Assembly: GCA_023515725.1 (NCBI GenBank)
Contig: JALDTO010000069.1
Location: forward strand, 47,482-111,481
Source of the DNA: Amoeboaphelidium protococcarum X5
Taxonomy: Eukaryota > Fungi > Aphelidiomycota
Direction of reading: 5' to 3'
Length of the DNA: 64,000 bases
A program made the position numbers and the translations under genes. Numbering within the stretch: position 1 is the first letter of the stretch; every line of letters begins with the position of its first letter. The notes under the pieces were generated by a model that did no database searches, had not been told where the DNA came from, and worked only from the letters and a program-made list of their open reading frames with translations. This document shows positions 53,935-64,000 of this stretch, in pieces.

Positions 53935-54762
53935 ATGGCAACTACATTTAATAAATCCAATGCTTCTATAAAGCGGATACTGAAAGAGTGGCAGTTCATG
54001 CAGAAGGACTTGTCGCCTGAATATGAGGCTCATCCTGTTGGAGATGATAATCTATTTGAGTGGCATTTCACCATCAAAGGGCCGGAAAATTCTGCATTTC
54101 AGGATGGTATTTATCATGGCCGAATAATTCTGCCTCCTGATTATCCATTTAAGCCGCCGCATATCATTATGCTTACACCTAATGGGCGATTTGAGGTGGG
54201 CAAGAAGATTTGCTTGTCAATCACCGGCTATCATCCAGAGTCATGGTCAGCTGCGTGGGATGTACGCACGGCGTTGGTTGCGCTGCGATCCTTTTTCCCT
54301 CAGCCGAGCGAAGGAGCTGTAGGTGGGTTGGACTGGACTGATGATGAGCGATTGCGACTAGCCAAAGAGTCTGTAATGTGGACCTGTAATCACTGCCAGA
54401 GGAGTAATCGCGATATCATCAAGCGGATAGTGTAGTAAAGTAATGATGTTCATGAGAGCGTAGATTCCGGCAGCAATTTATCTTAGTAAAATCTATCTTC
54501 ACCTCTCAGCTAGCGCAAAGATGAGGAATCTACAGTACGTCAGAGACTACAATCTTCGGTGAATTAATCCTCTCCGGTCGCCACTACGCCCGTATACGGA
54601 ATCCGAGAGCCGCAAAAGCGCGTCGCTATTTAAAAAGCAGAAACGAATATTTGTTTCTTACAACTGTTTTTGTTTTTAATGTTCGAGAGCCGCAATCAGT
54701 GCCTCACATTAATACATAACGTTTTTGCACTTGTAATACGCGAATGCGACTTAACAAATTGA
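53935..54762 (+). CDS. UBC6: Ubiquitin-conjugating enzyme E2 J1/Ubc6; 3' end interrupted by transposon at 54595
   Basis: NLFEWHFTIKGP; GIYHGRI; TPNGRFEVGKKICLSITGYHPESW. The last 55 codons lie inside the TE. Confidence 0.9.
54595..54635 (+). repeat. Left terminal inverted repeat; subterminal copy of CGAGAGCCGCAA at 54684-54695
   Basis: TACGGAATCCGAGAGCCGCAAAAGCGCGTCGCTATTTAAAA versus the reverse complement of 59040-59080. Confidence 0.85.
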
Positions 54763-55384
54763 TTAATTTTTGTGATTACTTTCTTATTTATATCATGCTG
54801 CAAAATCAAATGTATTAGTCATGCACCGTGTGTGTGTTGCTTTACTTTAATGTGCAACTTGCGCAACTGCAGCAGTATTGGTGTAAATATCTCAAGATTT
54901 TTAATATAGCAGTATTTGCTCCGCTTCTCTAGTAAAGAAATATATGCACCAAACCTCAAGCAAAAATTTGCAAACTGTTTGTGAGTAGTGGTTGCTCGAT
55001 CTTTGTCACAACTGATTGCTTGATGCGTTAATCTCGAAACTGGCGCTTGCAATTTAACAGTAAGTAAGCGATTATTTGTGATAAATTGTTTTGATACTGA
55101 ATGATACTTTATTATCTCTTACACACTATTCACTAAACTACTTTTTAACAACGTACAATCTTATTTGCGAGATAAGCATACAGGTATAAGCAATGCAGCA
55201 TTGGGACGCCGTAGTGTTGTCATTACTTGCTGCGCCACCCCCCTTACGCCACTCTAAGATCTTACGCAATCATATTATTAATAACAGCTCTCATAGTTCA
55301 GATAACTAAAACGCGACAAATATACGCAATCTCTTTAGTTGATATCTATATCCTAGTGTCTTTTGAATAGAATCAGTATCAAGC

Positions 55385-57400
55385 ATGTTTAATCCGTTGT
55401 AAGATGTGTTATGTCCCAATTCGTCCGGACTCAAAAGGGAGGACTGTCATTGTGCTGGATGTAAATCTTGGCAATAGGCGCAAGCCTAGTTGATGCATTC
55501 ACAAATGCAATTTGAGTAAAAGAAAAAGCTTGCGGTGCAGACAAGAACCGAGTCAATGGTAAATAGATTGCACAGTGGATACCAGACTAAGCCGCCGCCC
55601 CCTGTTCATAGAAACGGTCCTGGTAGTGGAAATAGAGGTTTGACGCGTAAAAACGCGCTGGTGCAAATTAGCATTGTCCCTTGTATTTCAGGATCAAAGG
55701 TTGGATAATTTAAGCGTCTGGAAAATGTTGGCCCATAGATGATTTAGATTGACAAGTATAATGACAATTATCAATCTGTCTTAGCATAAGCTTGTGCATT
55801 GTTTCACTATCAAGTTGAGCAATCGTCAATTGGACAAAGTCAAATCCACCAAATCCCCTAATTTGGAGTTGATTTTGACGTAATATAATGGACCCAGAAT
55901 ATTCAATTGGCAGGATGTAAGTATACCTCTAATAAGGATAAGGTGCTATATTTGATTCCGTTGGTTGAAAGCAATCGCGTGTAATTGCATCCTAGTTTAA
56001 AGAGAAACTATGAGTCTCTACAGTAGCTGAATTTTTTGAATGTCGAGGACTTTGATTACTAGTATGGTTTGCCAGATGAGAAGATGCAGGATAAGGATGA
56101 TTTTGAAATTGTTGAACCGACGCGTACTTTAGATGAGCCTATTATTCAACCTGTCAAGCCTGTCAAAAAGATCAAATCTGCGCAGGAGTCTACGATCATA
56201 CCTGTCAGTTCAAATGTTGCGAGAAATAGTTAGATTGAACATAAGAATAAGTTTTGCTAGTTTGAAAACATTTCCAAGGTGTCCCCTCAGCGTGTAATAA
56301 AAAATACGCGCTCCTTGTAAGGCAGTGTGGTTGTGCATGTCTACGACTATGAAACAGGCTCCTGGTTCACTGAGGATCCAGGAGTAGTTGGAATGCCAGA
56401 TCTGGCAGGAAAGACTAACAAAGGGAATATAAAAAGATGCTACTATAATGGATCTCTGGTCAAGTTTTTTCCAGATCTGCCAGTAGTCTTTAAGTGCGCA
56501 ATTGATAAGGATGACGATGATTATGGATTACATGCTAGGGAAATATTAAACTCTGTTTGCGCTCAAAGGTGCTTCCTAGATTTTGACGCGGAATTGATTA
56601 AGACGCTGCTGGGTTAAGAATATCTATAGGTTGCTGGTGAGTAGCGTGGAGTTTGTGCTGGCGTGATGCTGGAGATTAGAGACAAATAAAATGAGGAATT
56701 TGGTGATATGGTGGATCTAGCAAAGATATGGACAGTTGAACCCTTCGTAGATGGCCAATTTGTGAAGTATATCGACAACGAGCATTTTATGCAAATTTGT
56801 GATGATGATCAGACTTATGAGGAGAACTTTCGTGAAGAAGTGGCCTGGGCTTTTGCCCATTACTCCTATTATTGGTTTGAGAAGGAGAACTACGAGTAAA
56901 TGATAGTTGATATTCAAGGCTCTAAGTGTCACTTTACAGATCTTTAGGTGTGCACTGTCAATGGCACCGATTGCAGTATTGGCAATATGGGTTTACCAGC
57001 AATTGTGAAGTTCTTCGTTATGCACTAGTGCAATTAGATTTGCAAGGCTTTGCATTTAGATGTCGCGACCATTCCGTCTTTAGTAATGGAGAAGATTATG
57101 GAAGATTCTCTCTTAATGGATAAATTCGAGTCCACTGTGTTTGGATCTCCAGCATAGGCCGCTCCTAATCCTCTTGGATAGTAGAAGACATCATTGAAGT
57201 CGGATGTCTCCATAACTTCTGTGTCTAAACAGGTAGAAGTTAATAATCAAGCCACTCAGGATTTGCAGATAGTAAAGGAGAAATCTAAGATTAAGTTGGT
57301 GGATCCTATTGTTAAAAACATACGTCCGTCTAGCAGAAGACCTAATACGCGTGCTAAAAATGCTGCGTAGAAGAAATTGCCAACTTTGACTGAGGATTGA
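55385..57400 (+). CDS. Alpha-kinase (eEF2K/MHCK family) with N-terminal Cys cluster, 671 aa; TE cargo
   Basis: VEPFVDGQFVKY; AFAHYSY; IVDIQG; FTDLQ; GNMG...FF..HQCNQIC zinc site. Confidence 0.92.
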
Positions 57401-57485
57401 GTATTTAGTAGCTCTGGTGGAGTTAACAATGAGTACGTAAAGATAGTAATAGCAATAAGAAATTTTTAATTATTCAGACCATTCT

Positions 57486-58865
57486 TCACTAAGCAATTTC
57501 CTACCCTCTCACTTACTATTCTGCTATCAACAATTAATCTCTAAATGCATCCAGCGCGCTTACGAGATCGCCATCGGACACTAAAGCCTTGAACACATCT
57601 TGACAATTGTCAAAGGTAAGTTGATCAAAACCTTTCTCTATAACAACTTCATCAATAAGATGCCTAGCGTAATTAATTCTAAACCTATCATTCATATCTA
57701 TAGTACTTGGTCCAAACAATTGAATAGCCATATCACGCATGTCTTGAGGAGGCTCCAAACCACATTCTACTCCATCAAACATCTCGGGAACTTGATAACG
57801 CATGATGGGCTGTCCTTGATTTCGAATCTTATGGTAATTCCACAAGGTGGTAATTTTATCTAAACACTCAGCGATATAATGTCCAAAACAATACTGAGAA
57901 ATTGTCTTATGAGAATAAAGCGTGGTATTAAAATAACCTGCAAAGTGAAGATTGTTCAGCGTTCCTATCCAATATTCAAGCCCATAATGATTCTATCTGC
58001 CCCAGTAACTTTCTATACGCGTATTGAAATTGGATGAACCCACAATATAAGAGTTCTCACCTACCAATATTTCTTGCAATTACTTGATGTAATTGTTCTC
58101 AGTTCCGCCATCAACACGAACTTTTCCAGGCATAACATTGCATTTGTCAGCCGCATCCAGAAAATATTCCAGTATGTAACGCGCGGGCCTATTCGTATCT
58201 GCGACCATACTAAACACAACATACCTACTAAAACCATCTACACACGCACTTATTCCAAAGCCAAACTACGACAGCTTATCGAAGCCATCTATATGCCACA
58301 CTTAATTAGGACCATCATTTTAATATTCACGGCGTTTCAACTTGCGCCTTTTACGCATTTACACAGCCTCTGGATTGTCGAATCTTTAGCAAACCATAAC
58401 CATGTCTCGAGATACTTATTGGCCTGATAGTTCACGAAGGACTTATGTAGTTGATCTAATTCCCAATCTTTCACCTTCATCCTGATTTACAACATGCACT
58501 AAATCCAAAACTTCGACAGGAGATAGCGCACAATGTCTCGTTCCAATTTAATGCTGCGACAAAATCGATTGCAAAGTCCTTAAGGACATTTAAATATTAT
58601 GCTTCTATTTCAGCCAATCCAATAATTATTGTTAAGTGGACCCGCCATTAATTAGATGGCGAGCTTCTTCAATCCAATGTTCACTTTAATCCGCAAATGT
58701 GGCTCTATTTAAAGCAGTACTCAATCCATGTTCAGTCATAAACCGGTCCAATTTGGACTTGGAGCAGATTGTTCCACTAGAATTTAGAGTATCTAAAATT
58801 TCCTTGCGCTTCAAACCTTAATTTACTAACTGCCGTACCTGTTCCAAGTCGATTTCTTAAGACAT
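57486..58865 (-). CDS. DDE transposase (integrase-core, IS3EU/IS481-like) with N-terminal Clr5-like HTH repeats, 459 aa
   Basis: RRKLKRREY..GPNQVWHIDGFDKL..FGFGISACVDGFSR; VRVDGGTEN; SSNFNTRIESYW; WNYHKIR. Intact in table 6. Confidence 0.9.
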
Positions 58866-59039
58866 TTTGCTGCAAAAAATGAATTCGAGTTAAGATGTCC
58901 CCTATTATAAGGCGGATATAGTGCATGATAAGAAACAAAATAGCAATGAATTTATTTTTAAAATTACAAAACAAAATAAAAATTAAAAATCATTTAAAAT
59001 ATTAATGGGAACTTTCATTTTACTTTCTATGTTTAGTAA

Positions 59040-59080
59040 TTTTAAACTGCGAGGCGGTTTTGCGTTTCTCGAACTCCGTA
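59040..59080 (-). repeat. Right terminal inverted repeat
   Basis: Reverse complement reads TACGGAGTTCGAGAAACGCAAAACCGCCTCGCAGTTTAAAA. Confidence 0.85.
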
Positions 59081-59220
59081 CCGGTCGCTTGACCTTCAAA
59101 CCGTATAATTTACGGTGCCCCATCATTGTCCTTCGCTGTTCGTGATACCCTTATTTGTTGTGAAAAATGCAGTTATCTAATTAAGCTGGAAAAGCAAGTA
59201 TCGAATTCCATATAATGTAC

Positions 59221-60654
59221 TCACACATCAACTTGCTCTAGGTCTCTCATCAATCCTTACTTGGCGTTTTCATTTGCATCAGGAGTTAGTACAAAGTCAC
59301 CATTCATCAAGATCACATCAACTTTACCAACGAATTGTTGGACGCGACTCTTCTACAGACTGCGTTACACATGCAGTTATTGTTCTATAGCATTATCACT
59401 AGATAGAATAGAATGCAAATTCAGTCCCTACATACCGCGCTCAATTCTATCGTCAGAATCATTAACAGAAAAGTCGGTACTTCCACCAGGCACACCCCAC
59501 GACGAGGAGTCAGCAGAAGGCCAAGTGCCAATAGACATCATTTTAGCCAGAGGACTCTGACCAAAAACGGAACTATCAGTCGACTGACCAAACAAATCTC
59601 TATCATCATCATCAGCAGCAGCATTAGTATGGTACACATCCAAAATAGGGTCACTGAAGTAATGTGTTTATAAAAGCTATTAAACTTCATACGCTTACGC
59701 GCTATTAAGCGCAAACACATAGTCATTTCCAATAAGATTATCATCTTCTATTTCCGAGCGAACTGGTTTAACCAGATAGCTCAGTAAACACGAGTCAGTG
59801 GATACCATACCATTAATTAAGTCACCGCATCCATGCAGAATAGAGTTTTGAAAAGTTCTGGGCAACACAGATTCAAACGAGCTTTCCCAATCCTAATCTG
59901 GAGTCGCCAGTTAAGCAAATAGAGCCAATTAATTATTGTGGTAGGCATCAATTTCTATTCTCATACTTTAAACTATCAAACTGGCGCACAGTGCAAACTA
60001 GCTGTTGGCTTAACTCTGCTACAATGACTGGTAGCAACCAAGAACGGCAGTGGACTCGTGAAACATTGCATCATTAAGATCCTTCTCCCACGATAGCTAT
60101 TCAATTTTATTCTTTCGAATTTTTTTACCAATGCTTCCTGCTAATAAAGTAGTTATATATGCAAAGTCTTCAATAGTAATCTCAGCGAAGTCAATCAAAA
60201 GCTTTCGCATTAAACGCGCATCATTGTCTTGCAACAGTTCAACCATATCATGATATATCTGATACATATCAGTAAACTGATTGGGCTCAATATTTTCATC
60301 ATCATTTGCAGCCATTACTTCTCTGGATAGACGAAACAGATCGACCAAAGCGTTAGGAACCCACAGCACGCGAGTTAAACGCGAATGTCCAATTTCCCTC
60401 ATTCGCCCATAAACTTAAACATTATAGACAGAATGAGCATACTTCCCATAAGGAAATATTCCATTAGAATCCAAATTTTCATAAACATGCTCCAATTAAT
60501 CATACGCCTATTTAGCCGCAGATCTCTTGAAAGGAGCCATGAACATTTGCTTCGATGGAACAAAGTATGCTCTAACAGGTAGAAAGGCAGCATGGACAGT
60601 GAAACAGGTATTCAAACACAATATAATGGACAGTCCAATTCTTAAAATCATCAT
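59221..60654 (-). CDS. Orphan secreted protein, 477 aa
   Basis: Signal-peptide-like MMILRIGLSIILCLNTCFTVHA; intronless table-6 ORF; no TM or recognised domain. Confidence 0.7.
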
Positions 60655-61061
60655 TTTTTGAGTCGTATTGAGAGCGACAAGATTCTAGATCGATAATAAA
60701 ATTGAATAGCGTCATCGCCGTTTGTAAACACACCAACTAGTCTTACCTTCCCGAATTGTGGTATCTTTCGCACTCCTTGATCCCTTGATTCGTTGATAAC
60801 GCGTCCTTTTGTACCACATCAAGGCGATTAAGAGTTCCCTGGTTCGCGTCTATTGATCGCTGTTTATGCCAAGCGTCAGCAAGAGCCCCTTCGATCTATT
60901 CACAGCCGACAGAATGATATATATTATCGACCGTGTTTCACCGTTTGAGATGTTTTCCGTTTCTTTTCTTCTTTCTTTCCTTTCAGTTTAGCAGTATCTT
61001 TTGGATTAATATTATTATAATAGTATTTTACGCAAGATTTGCTTCTTGGCTATTCACTGGG

Positions 61062-61859
61062 ATGAATAAAGTACGACTTGCAGTCATGGGACCGGAAGGA
61101 TCGGGAAAGTCTAGTGTTATTAAGTGGCTATGTACGGTCAAGAATGGGTTTGAAGTTGAGACTGAACTGTCTAATTAATTCTCCTGGAGTGGCGAGATTG
61201 AAGTTTTATCACATGTGTCTTCTGTGGATGGCAGAGAGTATCTTATTGAGCTGATTGAAGTTCCCAGCATTGGTGTCTGTAAATCTAAGCTTACTCCGCT
61301 CACTTGGATGCAATAGGGGGATGGTTACATTTTTGTGGTTAATTCTATGTCGAGCAGTGTCAACTCTTAGCTGTGGCGGTTGCATGACTGTGTTTTAGAA
61401 ATGGGCCAAGGAAATTAGGCGCCAACTTTGACAGTCAATGACTAGCAATACTTGTAATAACAGTAGACAAACTCTAACAGAAGAGAACAACATTCAGGTT
61501 AGAAGAGGCTTCCTAAATCTTTATCCTAGCAGTCGGTAACGCTACGCCACACGCCGTCGTTCGGTAGTAATGCAAATGAAGTTAAATTGAATTTGACTTA
61601 AAACACTCAAACCAAGTAATTTAATTTAATGGTTGTGGCTACACATGAGGATTTACAAGTTGGCCGTTATGGTGCAACTCAGGTGCTACCGTTGGACTTT
61701 GTGGAGTCTGTGGGCGCGGAATTTACGGGCTTATCAACATTAACTGCTGATGGAAGTACACTGATGGTTGGCTAATCAAATACCACCCCACCTCTGCAAA
61801 CTTTTGATAAATTCTTGAACAAAGTTACTACTAGTAAAATTAGTTTCAATAGATTTTAA
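61062..61859 (+). CDS. Divergent Ras-superfamily GTPase-like protein; end uncertain (first TGA only at 62403-62405)
   Basis: LAVMGPEGSGKSS P-loop; VDGREYLIELIEVP; GDGYIFVV; MVVATHED (degenerate G4); final helix TFDKFLNKV. Confidence 0.7.
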
Positions 61860-61871
61860 TAATAAACAGAT

Positions 61872-62843
61872 TCAAATAGTGTAATCATAAAATCCTTTTC
61901 CAGACTTTTTACCAAACCACCCAGCGTCAACATAAGATGCCAGCAATGGACATGGTCGATACTTGGTATCTCCGAGCTACGAGTGGAGAACCTTCATTAT
62001 CGCCAGGCAAGTATCAAGACCGATAAAATCTGCCAAAGTCAGTGGACCCATGGGCATATTAGTACCCAGCTTCATTGTGGTGTCAATGTCTTCGCGGGAT
62101 GCTATGCCCTCCTAGTAGGCATATACAGCCTCATTGATGTATGGCATCAACAATCTATTGGCAATAAATCCAGGTATATCACGGCTGATCGTGGTGACTT
62201 TGCCCATTTTCTAAGCCAATTTCAAAGTCTGGTCCAACGTATAAGTCGATGTCTACAGACCAGGTATGATCTCAACCAATTTCATCACTGGCACAGGATT
62301 CATGAAATGCATTCCGATTACACGAGAGCTGGCATCATCCTCAGGTTTGATCACCCCACCACCATACTTTTATGCTGCGGCAATTTTAGTTATGCTGATA
62401 GATGATGTATTACTAGCAAGTATGGTATTTTTCGGCATCTCGTTCATTAGCTGCTGAAAAATCTTCACCTTGAGATCAATAGATTCTGAGACGGCTTCAA
62501 TCACAAAGTCCACCTCAGGATCATCAGCCAGCGACTGGCCAGATTATGTACATTGAATCAAAGAGCGAGTTCTATCCACATCTTGCTGTGTGATCTTGTT
62601 CTTGGACAAGTCCTTCTGTAGGAGCGAGTTGATAAACTTCATCTGTCTATCCAGCTATGCCTGCGATGCATCATGAAGTAGAACAGGCAGTTGAGCATGG
62701 AGGGCAGCAACGTATGCAATACCAGTTCCCATCTGACCAGCACCAACAATACCAACTTTATGAATGTTCAGCGGCTTGTTTTACATGGACGGAGAAACAA
62801 CTCTTGAAGTGCTCCTGCATTACTAAAATATTCTTAATGCCAT
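61872..62843 (-). CDS. Mitochondrial 3-hydroxybutyryl/3-hydroxyacyl-CoA dehydrogenase
   Basis: [14 protein letters not shown]; VIEAVSE; [10 protein letters not shown]; GMHFMNPVP; [14 protein letters not shown]; [11 protein letters not shown]. Confidence 0.95.
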
Positions 62844-63218
62844 AATTAATCGCTTCTAATAGACTCCCAAGTGTCTTTACTAAAAGGGATAAAAGTAAGA
62901 AAGTAAATGAATTTCGCGCGGGAAACAAAAGCTTAACAGATTGAATGAAACAACATGTTACTTTGCAAACGATCCTTGCAGAATCTTCCTAAATTCTTCA
63001 GTGGAAAAGACGCGTAAAGACGAGATCGCCAAACCGCAACCGAAGGATGAGCGCCCAGCTAGATCCACTCTTTAACGCGTCGCTCTTTGATCGCGCGCTG
63101 AATATATTTTCGCGCTTTTCTCTCGCCAGTTGTTGAATTCTCTCCTTTCTTACTCAGGAAAAATCATTAGTGATTAAGCGTTTATAAAAGCACCTTTTAT
63201 ATTAAAAGAGATTAGAAA

Positions 63219-63731
63219 ATGTTGTTGTACAAGGATTTTTTGACTGGTGATGAAATGTTCTCTGACGCCTTCCCAATCAAGGAGGTCGGAAAGATTGCAT
63301 ACGAGGTTGACTGTAAGATGGTACAAATGCGCCAGGGTGTCGACGTGGACATTGGTGCCAATGCTTCTGCTGAGGGTGGTGATGAGGATGAGGGTGTGGA
63401 AGAAGGTATGGAGACTGTGAACAACGTGGTATACTCTTTCCGTATGCAGTCCACCAGTTTTGACAAGAAGTCCTACATGACCTACATCAAGGGATACATG
63501 AAGGCTCTGAAGGCTCACCTCACCGAGAAGAATGCTGAGCGCGTGCCAGACTTTGAGAAGGAGGTGCAGCCTTTTGTCAAGAAGATCTTGGAGAACTTTA
63601 AGGATTATGAATTCTACGTTGGTGAGTCTATGAATCCTGAAGGTATGGTTGCTCTGCTCAATTACCGCGAGGATGGTATCACTCCATATCTGACCTTCTT
63701 CAGAGATGGTTTGACTGAGGAGAAGCTGTGA
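63219..63731 (+). CDS. TMA19: Translationally controlled tumour protein (TCTP)
   Basis: MLLYKDFLTGDEMFSD; IGANASAE; FYVGESMNPEGMV. Confidence 0.98.
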   Translation: MLLYKDFLTGDEMFSDAFPIKEVGKIAYEVDCKMVQMRQGVDVDIGANASAEGGDEDEGVEEGMETVNNVVYSFRMQSTSFDKKSYMTYIKGYMKALKAHLTEKNAERVPDFEKEVQPFVKKILENFKDYEFYVGESMNPEGMVALLNYREDGITPYLTFFRDGLTEEKL

Positions 63732-64000
63732 TTTGCAGTTGACTAAAAGCGGCACTTATCAATTGCTCATGAAATTAATAAACAATATTATGAACTAAAA
63801 CATGTATTAACATGCTTATTTTCGCAATGTATTTGTACGACATTTACGTGAACAGAAAAAACGCATTCTTTCAATTATTTAGTTGAGCTTATAGATTTCA
63901 ATTCCACTAACAGTCCAGCTGCCCTTTCAAAGAGATGAAATTGATTATAATGATATAAGACTAAAAATCATTTAATGATCACAACTCATAAGCACAAATT

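Larger units (their letters stand above)
54595..59080. mobile_element. IS3EU-like DNA transposon (4486 bp) carrying a transposase and an alpha-kinase
   Basis: Termini TACGG...CCGTA; 41-bp imperfect TIRs (33/41 identical); IS3/IS481-type integrase-core ORF inside. Confidence 0.85.

Noticed and set aside
54819-55052. Third ORF inside the transposon
   Set aside because: Short, starts at a non-ATG codon, and has no recognisable motif.
61983-62405. 140-aa plus-strand ORF as an independent gene
   Set aside because: Antisense to the conserved dehydrogenase; it is only the run-on frame of the Ras-like gene.
63174-63755. 193-aa minus-strand ORF
   Set aside because: Antisense shadow of TCTP.
1-64000. 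tRNA, rRNA or snoRNA genes
   Set aside because: None recognisable by eye; a covariance-model scan would be needed.

Overview
Gene-dense eukaryotic DNA (about 40% GC, short 49-74 nt GT-AG introns) that uses a non-standard nuclear code: TAA/TAG = Gln, TGA = stop (translation table 6). The supplied ORF track is therefore fragmented. Re-read in table 6, about 40 genes assemble. Gene content is fungal/holomycotan (FKS glucan synthase, CBM18, Sld2, Pop3, BRK1/WAVE). Together with the code, this points by inference to the aphelid Amoeboaphelidium protococcarum or a close relative. Highlights: (1) an intact 4.49 kb IS3EU-like DNA transposon (TACGG...CCGTA, 41-bp imperfect TIRs) carrying a DDE transposase and a convergent alpha-kinase, inserted into the 3' end of UBC6/UBE2J1; (2) at least two recognisable genes lack a TGA at their expected end and instead meet TAA clusters just before a convergent neighbour, suggesting position-dependent TAA termination; (3) a bacterial-type GH81 glucanase fused to two CBM18 domains near a divergent FKS with a resistance-like echinocandin hot spot; (4) an orphan coiled-coil protein with a WH2-C-A-like tail; (5) a PHD-PHD + C2HC + MYST acetyltransferase. 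All translations and counts were done by eye; no database searches were run.
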